Notes under the pieces: generated by a model
What the model was told of the DNA's origin: nothing
Database searches by the model: none
The model's input: only the letters and a program-made list of their open reading frames with translations
Shown: one piece after another, positions 29,101 to 37,719 of the stretch
How positions within the stretch are numbered: position 1 is the stretch's first letter
How the letters are laid out: each line of letters begins with the position of its first letter
Source: an uncultured Fidelibacterota bacterium
GTDB taxonomy: Bacteria > Fidelibacterota > Marinisomatia > Marinisomatales > UBA1611
Assembly: GCA_913040915.1 (NCBI GenBank)
Contig: CAJWHW010000003.1
Span: 9,701-73,700, forward strand
DNA: 64,000 nt
Direction: 5' to 3'
Translations under genes and position numbers: made by a program

Positions 29101-29308
29101 CTGGTGTAATTATCATGAATGTACCTCTCTGGGGATTGATTTGAGATGGTAAAATATTATACTCATTCATAACCATATTTGTAAAAGCCATCGGTATTGG
29201 ATTTCCTATGATTTGTTCCTTTGTTTTACCACGGAATAATTTTCCTTCTCCATAAACAAAACATAATGAAAATAGAAAATAAAAGATAAATATTTTATTC
29301 AGTCTCAC
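26123..29308 (-). CDS. Peptidase C25 (gingipain-like) family protein with T9SS C-terminal sorting domain
   Basis: 1061 aa with a signal peptide. C25 blocks are YVLLLGDVDG...VSDQRYTYIIGNDNIPDVFIGRFS, VNYRGWGDANGW and FMSYVCNSNDF (the Cys position). Ig-like spacer domains follow, then a 225-aa module shared with two other proteins (26456..27130). The CTD is PYPNPFNPVTSLDYTIP...GTYFAVMKYGEKTKVQKLLFLK. Confidence 0.8.
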   Translation of the reverse strand: MRLNKIFIFYFLFSLCFVYGEGKLFRGKTKEQIIGNPIPMAFTNMVMNEYNILPSQINPQRGTFMIITPDGIVNYLGDFIEFKNSQGFDVQVIPLSEAGETAEAIKTTISNKLSENPMLEYVLLLGDVDGFAAFPSFYYGPENDVSDQRYTYIIGNDNIPDVFIGRFSIDSLSDLAVMMAKTIKYARDPLAYDANWLSRGLIVAGNYANTYPIPITPKWTSYWLMDELLDFGYSQVDTVFYPPVQQGAPYIIPAINSGVGIVNYRGWGDANGWHYPEFHVDDVNDLNNGWLTPVFMSYVCNSNDFANNVDPCFAEAVMRGGTPSVPKGGVAFVGPSDLHTSTKYNNVINAYMYDAILNHDIVELGPAMQAGQSGLIKEFPAQNGPGEAQEFYAHVYNILGDPSLQVYVDTPEQFNFEVGPFKSQDGLLNLTVKNNNGDAVKGAVISVMNGSVLIAKGISDASGKFISTIDMSGVSSLNVYANKGGFIQGHEVVNPEPTNNTLLLSNIHVIGQNSDDKPVLGELVNLTITLENSSGNSSNAFSGQVIFSDRVSPNTFTLDVPVIAPGNSVNLPSIEFVINNLDAGQGVIGLLEDGNGNLICEFFVDVELPFFNISFESSSVTPNTEISPELSISNFSAGSYEDLWIGVSALTEGVTITLNSASDILSSFNPFTTSSHTTNYNFSIEEVAYGSDLTFLIELQKEGNTFFSQKVQLHISPPTTNNPVAPNRYGYWAYDDTDVGYEQTPEFNWVELDPGFGGSGGTHYQLDDDDHVNIELPFTFKYHGINYNQITVSSNGWASFVPCYIDYFWNMSIPMYMGPKALLAPFSDDLETIDTNNDEIIDIWINVYTWFDEEIGRFIIEWSRALNGYDEETEETFQIILHDQSSMPTATGDGVIDFQYLEVEDVDVTKNYSTVGIESPTKSYGLQYVFNNVYAPGAAPLVNERVIRFTTEAPDNYVAPLAVDDQINSNEFVLNSPYPNPFNPVTSLDYTIPITGRIKIFIVDILGREIAELQNGILASGHYKIIWNGTNRLGNSVSSGTYFAVMKYGEKTKVQKLLFLK

Positions 29309-29343
29309 AGCTATTCCTTTTGATTGATATTCGATAGGTTATC

Positions 29344-31677
29344 TTAATTTTTTAATATTAAACATTTTTTCACAACTTGACTATTCTGTGAATCGATACG
29401 GATGAAAACCATTCCAGAACTATTGGGAACCCCGCTCATGCTGCTCAAATTAAAATTAATTAAATTCCTACCTGGTGATAATCTTTGAAATTTTTGGAAA
29501 TATATTTCCTGTCCAAGTAGATTATATGCCTTTACTGTTGCTTCCCCACCAGGGAAATTAGTTAAATCTATTTGAAATGAACCATTTGATGGGTTTGGAT
29601 AAAGTCCACTTATTCTCATCGGATTTTTAGGTGCTTTATTAATATTCGTTTCTGTGATACCTAAGTAATCATCCATAGTAGAAAACAATGTTAAAGATTG
29701 TATTTCCCAACCACGATAATTCACAGTTTGATCAGGTAAAAAAGATAACCGTACCTTAATATTAGAAAATTCATTCAGAGACGTAGCGGATATTAAATCT
29801 GTACGAAATTCTTCCCATTGATTACCTGTCCAACTTTTATTTACTAAAACATTTGATCCTTCATCTAAAATAGATAAGGAAACATGATCATAGTCCCATT
29901 CTGTCTCAAAGCGATGATCAATGGTAACAACAAGACGGTTTGTCCCTGTTACATCAATTAAATCGGACTCCATCCACTGTAGAGTTTGTGAAGAATCGCC
30001 ATTCTCATAATAAAATTCTTCTTGAGATTTCAGAATTAGGTTCTCTGTACACCATGGCCCTTCAGAATTAGTCCAAATCCAAGAATCGCTCAATGATTGC
30101 GGATTACCATACCAATAAGGTACTGTCATTTCCATATTGCTGGTTATTGTAATATTATTATGCCAAGGCATCATTTCTCCATCCATCTTAAAGGATAGTA
30201 TGTAATTCCCTTCATAAAGAGAAAAATTATTTGGACCGGTTGAAATTTGTATCTCATCTTTTCCAAATTCATTTTCAATAAATCCAGTTATCGTATTATT
30301 GTCAGTTGTTTCATGATAAAGGTTCAGTATTAATGATCGTAAGGGGGCAGGTTCAAGATAAATATCTTCATTGGTTATACCACTATTATTGGTTACGACT
30401 GTTACTTCTTTTGGGATATATCCCTTTGCACGAATAGAAAGTGTATATGTACCAGCATCTAAAATTCTTCTGTATCTTCCAAATTCATTTGTCAATCGTG
30501 GTTTTAGAACAGAGCCTGTATGCTCTAAAATTTCTACAATTGCATTTTCTATAGGCTGGTTACTTGTTGCATCCGAAATAATTCCGGTGACCTGTGCCGC
30601 ATCAGTATAATAACCGAGGGCACGGTCCATTAAATAAACCATTGCCGGCTTGTTACGTTCTATTGTATCTTCAATTAAAGTGCTGCCTGGCTGAAGATTT
30701 GCTGTTCCGCATTCTACCAGATACTGTATACAACCTGTTTCACGATAAAACCAATCATGAAGTTTTCCATTCCTTGAGCCGCTGTATACAGATAAATAAG
30801 TACCTGTTCCATCTTCAGTCTCTATGAGCCCCGCAAAGTGATCTGCTATAGATTTCATTACGTTTAAATCTGGAGAATCTTTCGTTTCTTCCCAGCGCCA
30901 GCTGGTAAATACTTTTTCTGATAGATTACCTGAGCGTGAGCTGTGCCAAACGATTGAGAAGACAAAATTGTTTTCTAAGGCTAAGTCCCTAATAGCGATT
31001 GCTTCTCCTTCAGAAAAAGGTTCTTCACCCTTGTAATAATCATAATGTGATGCGTAATCAGAATTGTCTGGTTCTAAAAATGTATCTCCAAACACCCAAT
31101 TAAAGTTAAAATTACGGTTCAGATCCACCCCGTCTATATCGTTGCCAATCGAAGGATCATAATCGAATAATTCATTCGGATACGGACCTTCAGGACTTAA
31201 ATCTCTTTTTGTTTTTCTATAACTGACATCCAAGCCTTCATGCACGACATTTAACCCATCTGGGTTAGCAGTAGGAATAATCCAAATCTCTAAATATTGC
31301 TTAAGGATATTCATATGCGTGAATATACTATTATCAGGAAACAATAAATCATCTATCAGATCTAATACTATTTCGTTGCCCAATATTTCTTCGGCATGAA
31401 CCTGCCCAACAAATAAAACACTGGGCTCATCTTCTCTAACATCAACATTATCTGAAATTTTTACCGCCAAAATAGGTATTTGGTCATGAGTAGAGTAACC
31501 AATTGTATCTACTCGGTACCATCCATCCAATTCTTCTAATTGATCCAGTGAATCTAAATATGCATAAATTTCATCCACGGTATGATAGCGACTATCTAAT
31601 ACCTGTCCATAATTAGGATTGCCTAAATGAAATATAATGAGAATAGAACTTATATTAAAAATTGAGGATAATTTCAT
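29344..31677 (-). CDS. M14-family zinc carboxypeptidase with CarboxypepD_reg-like domain and T9SS C-terminal sorting domain
   Basis: 777 aa with a signal peptide. It has VGQVHAEEILG (HxxE), IPTANPDG, VDLNRNF and VWHSSRSG (second His ligand region). A GIISDATSNQPIENAIVEI...GTYTLSIRAKGY regulatory-like domain follows. The CTD is LYPNPSNGSFQIDL...MVFIRIDSQNSQVVKKCLILK. Confidence 0.8.
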   Translation of the reverse strand: MKLSSIFNISSILIIFHLGNPNYGQVLDSRYHTVDEIYAYLDSLDQLEELDGWYRVDTIGYSTHDQIPILAVKISDNVDVREDEPSVLFVGQVHAEEILGNEIVLDLIDDLLFPDNSIFTHMNILKQYLEIWIIPTANPDGLNVVHEGLDVSYRKTKRDLSPEGPYPNELFDYDPSIGNDIDGVDLNRNFNFNWVFGDTFLEPDNSDYASHYDYYKGEEPFSEGEAIAIRDLALENNFVFSIVWHSSRSGNLSEKVFTSWRWEETKDSPDLNVMKSIADHFAGLIETEDGTGTYLSVYSGSRNGKLHDWFYRETGCIQYLVECGTANLQPGSTLIEDTIERNKPAMVYLMDRALGYYTDAAQVTGIISDATSNQPIENAIVEILEHTGSVLKPRLTNEFGRYRRILDAGTYTLSIRAKGYIPKEVTVVTNNSGITNEDIYLEPAPLRSLILNLYHETTDNNTITGFIENEFGKDEIQISTGPNNFSLYEGNYILSFKMDGEMMPWHNNITITSNMEMTVPYWYGNPQSLSDSWIWTNSEGPWCTENLILKSQEEFYYENGDSSQTLQWMESDLIDVTGTNRLVVTIDHRFETEWDYDHVSLSILDEGSNVLVNKSWTGNQWEEFRTDLISATSLNEFSNIKVRLSFLPDQTVNYRGWEIQSLTLFSTMDDYLGITETNINKAPKNPMRISGLYPNPSNGSFQIDLTNFPGGEATVKAYNLLGQEIYFQKFQRLSPGRNLINFNLSSMSGVPNSSGMVFIRIDSQNSQVVKKCLILKN

Positions 31678-31716
31678 AGTGTGTATACTAAGTATTTAAG
31701 TACTAACTCTAAATTA

Positions 31717-34700
31717 TTACTTTAAGTATGTTACCTTACCTCTATTTATATTTTTACTTGTATTGAATTCATAAAAATATATTCCACTTGTAACTAATTG
31801 TCCTGCAATATTCATACCATCCCAATAAATTCTGTAATTGCCACCAAAATCTGGTAGAATTAATTTATCTGTTACTACTCTTCCGGTAATATCATAAATC
31901 CGAAAATTAACAGCTTCCTTTTCCGGCATAAAAAATTCAAAAGCCACCTTGCCATTGAAGGGGTTAGGATAAGCTGGCTTTAAGGAAAATTCAGTAGGAA
32001 TATCACAATCAAAGCATTTTGGTTCATTGGATAATAATTCTGCCTTTGACAGAATGCGACCATAATAATTTGCCAGATCCTCCTTTCCTGAGCTTCGGTA
32101 ATCAACCCAATCCAAAAAGAATTCTTCTCCTGAATAGTGTGTGATTTGGAGATTTTGCTGTTTATGATAAGCAATACAAATAGGGACTCCATTTATATCA
32201 GTTGTCATACCCTGTCCGACTTTAAACCCAGATCCATATAAATCAACTCCATTAATTAATAATGGATCGTCATTGATATATCCCCGTCCGTCTTCCCATA
32301 TAACCATAAATTCATCACCCGTAACATTTTCAACCGTAGGCATATAATTATCAATAGAATCATTCACAACCGAAGTAAATTGAACAAATTCACTAGAAAG
32401 TGAGCCATTTTCTAAATTTAATAGTTGACCAAATATTTCAAAGTTTTGTCCATTTCTGAAATCTTCCCAAACAATTAATGCTTTTGTCTGTGTATCGTTC
32501 ATTGAAAAGGAAAAGTTTGTTTGATCATTTTCATCATCAGTGACAATAAGTCCGTTGGTTTCCCATAGTTTATTGCCATCCCAATCAACTTTTTGGGCAT
32601 AAATATCCGCAAAATTACCAATCTGATTCCATAAACAAATTATGCCTGTGCCATCATCTAGTGTTTTGACCTGCAGAGAACTAGATGCCGAAAAATTATC
32701 CGTTAAATTAATCCCACCAGGATTCCATCCTATTTCAGTATTACCGTTTTGATCGATCTTTAAATATTTAATCACTATATAGGAACCAGAAGGGTTCCAT
32801 TGCTCATTCATCCAAAATACCATGAGTTTATTATCTGGTGTAGGTATAGCTGTTATAAAGAAATCATCATTACTAGCATCCACTAGTTCCACTCCACCAC
32901 TTTCTAATATCGCATTTCCTTCGTTATCTAAATATTGAAAATAAATATTATTGTCCCATAATCTGCTCTCAGACCAAAAACATCCAACACCGCTTCCTAT
33001 AGAAACCAGTTTTGCATTTCTCATATCAGCTTCAGAAGATATTGCAACCCCTACAGAGTCCCACAAATTTTCAAATGATTCATCTAACTTATTAATTCGA
33101 AGATATTTCGGTGTAGAAGTTGCATCATATGTACCAACGAAAAAATTATTATCATCTTTAATAACAATAGGTAATGCAATTTCATCTGAAGAATTGTCAC
33201 TGTAAGAGAGTTGCTTACCATCTTGGTATAGTACAGAATTTTCAGTAATTCTTGTTCCATAGATTCTTTTTGCTGAACGATTATCTTCCCATGTAAGAAA
33301 AAAATCATTTTCGCCTTTCCGAAACCGTGATGTGTATTTTATGTCCCCATCTAAACCAACCATTGCAGTAATTCCACTATTTCCCCAAACAGTAGAACCA
33401 TTATCTATTTTTTGAATTTTGAGATCAATGCTTCCTGTCCCTTGATCTGCATAAATAATATAGAATTGATCATTAGTTGACCCTATCAAAATGGGTGAAA
33501 ATTGATACCCGTCTGAATTGGTAAGATTAAGCGGCTCAGCTGGAAATGTACCATCAGCATTGATTGTACGCACCATAATCTCAATATCAGGAAAAGTGCC
33601 ACGTTCCCATGCTACATTAAGCCCACCATTTTCATTGGAATTGAACCTTGCACTAAAATCTCGATATGCCCCGGGATCAATTTTTACACCATTACCCCAT
33701 TCACGATCACCATTTACGTTCACTTTTTGAAAATATTGATCTCCATCAACAGCATCATCTCTATAATCTGTCCATTTAACAAATACTTCGCCTAGTGAAT
33801 TTCTTTTCACTCGTGGTTTTGCCTGCAATGTTTCATCATCAGAAATTGCTTTTTCATTTGTAAATACCAAGCCGCTTTCATTCACAAATTGGTAATATAC
33901 TTTTGAGTTCGCGTCACCTCTTTTCCAAGTAACAAATGAAGTTTCTCCATTTACAAATGTAGCACGAGGCTTTGTCTCTTGATCAGTGGTATTTGCTATT
34001 GGAATACCATTTTCTGCAAAAACCGCTGTCATATCCATATTGAGGCGTTGACCATAAATATTTGCATTTTCACCTTCTCGGTAATCAGCCCAAGCAATAA
34101 ATGCCTGATTGTCTCCTGCATATTCAATGGTCTTTGCATTTTGATTTCCACCTTCAACAGCTATTGCAACGCCAACTCCGGGTGCAACTATCTCATTATC
34201 TGCAGAAACATGGGTTCCATATATATCTTCATCCACTCCGCCACGCTTATCCTGCCAGGTAACAAAGACACCACCAAGGCTATCTGTACACATATTGATA
34301 GTTATTTGATTCCCATCAACTTGAGCCAGTGCAATTCCATTTTCATCCATTAAGAGATTTCCATCTGAATCTAAATGCTGAATAAAAATATCTCCCTGTG
34401 CATCAAATCGATAATCAACCCAGGCAATAAACACACCCCCGTTACCATCTTCGATTGAAACAGGGTCTTCTTGCCTACCAGGCAGATTAGTAACGATTGC
34501 TCCAGACTCACCCCATAGCATGGACCCATCATGATTAACTTTATGTGCAAAAATGTTTCGCATGCCGTATCGTGTATCTGACCACACAAAAATTGCTTCA
34601 CCTTGATCACCAGGAGAAACAGTCCTATACCATTCAATATGTACACCCTGTCGGATGGGTGCACCATCATTCGAATCAAAACCTGTTGAATAGGTTAATG

Positions 34701-34776
34701 ATACAAACATAATTGAAAAAACTAATTTTTTCATTTTCATCATTCCTTCGTCAAATTTATGTTGTTTTATAAACAA
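31717..34776 (-). CDS. Large secreted repeat protein (about 15 WxDxR...IYxQ units) with T9SS C-terminal sorting domain
   Basis: 1019 aa in the track ORF. The likely true start is MMKMKKLVFSIMFVSL (34734..34743). It has repeated units of about 55 aa, such as FVWSDTRYGMRNIFAHKV, AWVDYRFDAQGDIFIQHL, TWQDKRGGVDEDIYGTHV, AWADYREGENANIYGQRL, VWEDFRNGQNFEIFGQLL and DWVDYRSSGKEDLANYYGRIL. The CTD is AYPNPFNGKVAFEF...GIYFYEFNTSKNINRGKVTYLK. Confidence 0.7.
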   Translation of the reverse strand: MFIKQHKFDEGMMKMKKLVFSIMFVSLTYSTGFDSNDGAPIRQGVHIEWYRTVSPGDQGEAIFVWSDTRYGMRNIFAHKVNHDGSMLWGESGAIVTNLPGRQEDPVSIEDGNGGVFIAWVDYRFDAQGDIFIQHLDSDGNLLMDENGIALAQVDGNQITINMCTDSLGGVFVTWQDKRGGVDEDIYGTHVSADNEIVAPGVGVAIAVEGGNQNAKTIEYAGDNQAFIAWADYREGENANIYGQRLNMDMTAVFAENGIPIANTTDQETKPRATFVNGETSFVTWKRGDANSKVYYQFVNESGLVFTNEKAISDDETLQAKPRVKRNSLGEVFVKWTDYRDDAVDGDQYFQKVNVNGDREWGNGVKIDPGAYRDFSARFNSNENGGLNVAWERGTFPDIEIMVRTINADGTFPAEPLNLTNSDGYQFSPILIGSTNDQFYIIYADQGTGSIDLKIQKIDNGSTVWGNSGITAMVGLDGDIKYTSRFRKGENDFFLTWEDNRSAKRIYGTRITENSVLYQDGKQLSYSDNSSDEIALPIVIKDDNNFFVGTYDATSTPKYLRINKLDESFENLWDSVGVAISSEADMRNAKLVSIGSGVGCFWSESRLWDNNIYFQYLDNEGNAILESGGVELVDASNDDFFITAIPTPDNKLMVFWMNEQWNPSGSYIVIKYLKIDQNGNTEIGWNPGGINLTDNFSASSSLQVKTLDDGTGIICLWNQIGNFADIYAQKVDWDGNKLWETNGLIVTDDENDQTNFSFSMNDTQTKALIVWEDFRNGQNFEIFGQLLNLENGSLSSEFVQFTSVVNDSIDNYMPTVENVTGDEFMVIWEDGRGYINDDPLLINGVDLYGSGFKVGQGMTTDINGVPICIAYHKQQNLQITHYSGEEFFLDWVDYRSSGKEDLANYYGRILSKAELLSNEPKCFDCDIPTEFSLKPAYPNPFNGKVAFEFFMPEKEAVNFRIYDITGRVVTDKLILPDFGGNYRIYWDGMNIAGQLVTSGIYFYEFNTSKNINRGKVTYLK
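32044..34600 (-). repeat. Protein-level tandem repeat array (WxDxR...IY[GF]Q unit of about 55 aa) inside the 31717..34776 CDS
   Basis: The motif recurs through roughly residues 60-911 of the translated ORF. Unit boundaries were judged by eye and the units are diverged at the DNA level. Confidence 0.6.
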
Positions 34777-34785
34777 ATAATTTTA

Positions 34786-35823
34786 TTATTGATTAATTGA
34801 GAGTATTTGTAATCCTTCGCGGGAACAAACAATTAAATTTTCACCCCAGAACTCTGTTTTGTAAACATAGCCTATAGGAAATAGGCCTTTCTCAATGGGC
34901 TTATTTGGATCGGTAATATCATAAAGTGCAATCCCCTTCGATCCAAGAGACAATGCAGCAATTCCATCATTTACAGAAATATGATCTACAGTCAAATCCT
35001 GTGCAAATCTCACATGTGAATTGCTTGAAGCAGAAAAAACATTATAAGGTATATAAGCAGCTCCAACATCATCACATGAGACAAAAACCCCAGCATCTGC
35101 TAATACAACTTTCTCTGCATTCCCTTCTGTATCAACTCGACCTATGAATTCAGGATCAGCTTCAAGTGAAGCTAATTCATATAATTCCACGCCTAACTGA
35201 TCTACAGCGAGAGCAATATAATTTTCTCCATTAGAGTCTATTCCCTGAGGCTTACCTGGTGTATACAGTTCACCGGCACTCCCCTCTGGATATACCGGAT
35301 TCCAAAAAGAATAACCAAAAACTTCGTAAGGTTCATAAATACTCCACTTTAGACCATCATCATTATCTGCTGCATACATCACAAAGCGACCCGTATCTAT
35401 TGGAAAAGAAACAAATTCTCTAGTCCTTGCACTCATGATTGTATTAATAAAGCTTAAGTTGGAATCACCTACTGTATAATTAAAAATTTGCACATCTTTA
35501 TTTGTTTCAGATGAAAAGATCAGATTATTAGTAATATCAATTTCAATAAGTGAGAGATCATCAAACTCTAAAAAGGATCCCAATTCATAATACCCACTGA
35601 AATCACTCAGTTTTATTTTATCTTTTAGATTCCATATTTGTATCCCTGATTGTCCTGCAGCAATGAAAGCTGTATTGCCGTGAATGGCCACATCTCTTGA
35701 AAAGCCTGTTGTATTTAATACTTCAACTTCCGTTACAGACCACAAATCTTCTACATTAGGTTCAATACACCCAAATAATAATATACTAATAACAGCTATA
35801 AAATGTTTTCTAATATCGATCAT
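34786..35823 (-). CDS. Lipoprotein with LVIVD-like beta-propeller repeats
   Basis: 345 aa with the lipobox ILLFGC. It has repeats of the form AIHGNTAFIAAGQSGIQIWNL, VNDGIAALSLGSKGIALYDITDPNKP and GENLIVCSREGLQILSI. It overlaps the upstream OMP gene by 14 nt. Confidence 0.55.
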   Translation of the reverse strand: MIDIRKHFIAVISILLFGCIEPNVEDLWSVTEVEVLNTTGFSRDVAIHGNTAFIAAGQSGIQIWNLKDKIKLSDFSGYYELGSFLEFDDLSLIEIDITNNLIFSSETNKDVQIFNYTVGDSNLSFINTIMSARTREFVSFPIDTGRFVMYAADNDDGLKWSIYEPYEVFGYSFWNPVYPEGSAGELYTPGKPQGIDSNGENYIALAVDQLGVELYELASLEADPEFIGRVDTEGNAEKVVLADAGVFVSCDDVGAAYIPYNVFSASSNSHVRFAQDLTVDHISVNDGIAALSLGSKGIALYDITDPNKPIEKGLFPIGYVYKTEFWGENLIVCSREGLQILSINQ

Positions 35824-36841
35824 ATACCATATCCCATTCTATTTTGCACCAAAATTGAATTTGATTAAAACTTTTTAAATCTTTTACCCATTCATATGCT
35901 GAATCAGTTGTGCGAATTCTATATCTTCCTGTAAACAAAACTGATACTGCTTCAAATATCTCTTTTTTCACCCATACATCATATTTAGAATCTATGTGAT
36001 CTCTTCCTGCATGGAGCGGGTCATCAGGGTCTTCAGCTCCATACTTTCTATATTCTTCACGTATTGAAAAACCAATTTCATCAACAATTGGAATATTTCT
36101 ATGTATTTTAACTGGCATATACCATTCCATATTGTTATAGGAACGATTAAAACTACTTGGTCGCTCAGTTGATAAATGAGATGTACTTCTTGCATGTCCA
36201 CGGTTGATTTGAAAAGATATAGTTGCTATCCTTTTAATCTTATAATTCACCCTTCCTTTGATATAATGAATATCTAAATCAAACTCCGTAAATGGTTTAT
36301 CATAATATCGTTGAAGATAGCCTGTACTTAGGTTGATCCAGGACTCTCTTAATATCTTTTGTGTGATTGTAATACTTTGATTTCTATCGGTAAAATAGCA
36401 AGGAGCTAGCAAATCATTGCTAATATCACGGTTAATATAATGTCTCAGATAAAAACTATTTAAGTGTCTAACAGAATATTTTATATTTTTATAACTTCCC
36501 CATTTATAAATCGCATCCAGTCCACCACTCCAATATTTTCTTTCAGTGTTATTTTGATAATCAGACCAACTGTAAAAACCATTTATGGAAAAATCTTTTC
36601 TTCTGGAATGCCAAACAGACTTTTTTCCTGATAATCGTAATTTATAAACAAAACTGTCAAAAGTTGATGCACCACCCATGAGAGAATTATCAAGTGCTGC
36701 TTCACCAAATTCATATGTAGAAAATCGTAAAACATTATTATCATACCCACCAGTAATCCCGATGGTATACTCAATAGGTGTTTTACCCAGTAAGTATGAT
36801 GAAATAAAAATAATGTAAAATATATATTTTTGAGAATTCAT
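35810..36841 (-). CDS. Predicted outer-membrane beta-barrel protein, unknown family
   Basis: 343 aa with a signal peptide. It has alternating hydrophobic and Tyr/Arg-rich strands throughout (GITGGYDNNVLRF, YKLRLSGKK, INGFYSWSDY...) and an aromatic C-terminus (...WDMVYDRY). It overlaps the upstream gene by 1 nt. Confidence 0.5.
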   Translation of the reverse strand: MNSQKYIFYIIFISSYLLGKTPIEYTIGITGGYDNNVLRFSTYEFGEAALDNSLMGGASTFDSFVYKLRLSGKKSVWHSRRKDFSINGFYSWSDYQNNTERKYWSGGLDAIYKWGSYKNIKYSVRHLNSFYLRHYINRDISNDLLAPCYFTDRNQSITITQKILRESWINLSTGYLQRYYDKPFTEFDLDIHYIKGRVNYKIKRIATISFQINRGHARSTSHLSTERPSSFNRSYNNMEWYMPVKIHRNIPIVDEIGFSIREEYRKYGAEDPDDPLHAGRDHIDSKYDVWVKKEIFEAVSVLFTGRYRIRTTDSAYEWVKDLKSFNQIQFWCKIEWDMVYDRY

Positions 36842-37719
36842 TAATATAAAATAAAACGAGTAAGGACCACTTTATCCTTATCTGCAACTTCAATTGAATA
36901 AGTGTGTCTCCCTTTTGGTACAGGTATCTCACAAGATCGCCATTTACCCGGAACTTTATCATCCCTTCCTAAAATTTGTGATGCAGATGAGCGCTCAGAA
37001 TTAAAATAATAAGTACCAATGACTTTTTTACCTTCCTTCACTCTAATGCGATATGATTCTTCCTGGCCCATAGAATCAGAAAACTCTAATCGATTCAAAA
37101 TTCTTAGATTATTTTTCCCCCTTGCTTCTATTTGCAAAGGTAATTCCGATGTACACTCAAAATATTTAATCTCTTTTTTATTCGAGATTAGACTGACAGC
37201 ATTTTGATGAACCATTGGAGTAAGCACTTTTTTGTTTTTTCCTATTGATTCAAAATTTTTTGCCAGAACCCGAATTAAAACTGGGTATTTTAACTTTTCA
37301 TTCGATATCAATTCTATAGTTTGGGTTCCTTTTTCTAGGTTAATGAAATAGTTACCAGAATGTGTGTATTTATGTTTTGGGTGTTGTATAGATTTAATGG
37401 ATTTTTGAACTTTGTATCTATGATTTACTTGAATAGTATCTACTCCATTTAATACTATTTTATAATTAAAGGGATGACTTTTATTCTTCTTTTTTATCAC
37501 AGGATATCGTGAAATGAATTCTAAACGTGTAGGGCCTTCTATCGTATAAATAAGTCCTTCATTATTGATGGGATAGTAGAGTCTTCTTTTGGAATTAATA
37601 ATTAAAATCTCTTTATTTTCCCCATTTTTACTGGGCTTCAAAAGTTTTGCTTGCAGTGGCACCGCCATGGTTACAAAAAGAATAAATAGAATTGATTTAG
37701 AGTAGACTGTCAGGTTCAT
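36841..37719 (-). CDS. Secreted hypothetical protein, Lys-rich
   Basis: 292 aa. It has a signal peptide (ILFVTMAVPLQA) and I recognise no motif. In the track ORFs it overlaps the upstream PGA-system gene by 23 nt. Confidence 0.5.
   Translation of the reverse strand: MNLTVYSKSILFILFVTMAVPLQAKLLKPSKNGENKEILIINSKRRLYYPINNEGLIYTIEGPTRLEFISRYPVIKKKNKSHPFNYKIVLNGVDTIQVNHRYKVQKSIKSIQHPKHKYTHSGNYFINLEKGTQTIELISNEKLKYPVLIRVLAKNFESIGKNKKVLTPMVHQNAVSLISNKKEIKYFECTSELPLQIEARGKNNLRILNRLEFSDSMGQEESYRIRVKEGKKVIGTYYFNSERSSASQILGRDDKVPGKWRSCEIPVPKGRHTYSIEVADKDKVVLTRFILY

Noticed and set aside
31678-31716. The near-palindrome AGTATTTAAGTACT in the 39-nt gap upstream of the M14 gene.
   Set aside because: It has two mismatches in 14 nt in an AT-rich spacer, which is too weak to call an operator or terminator by eye.
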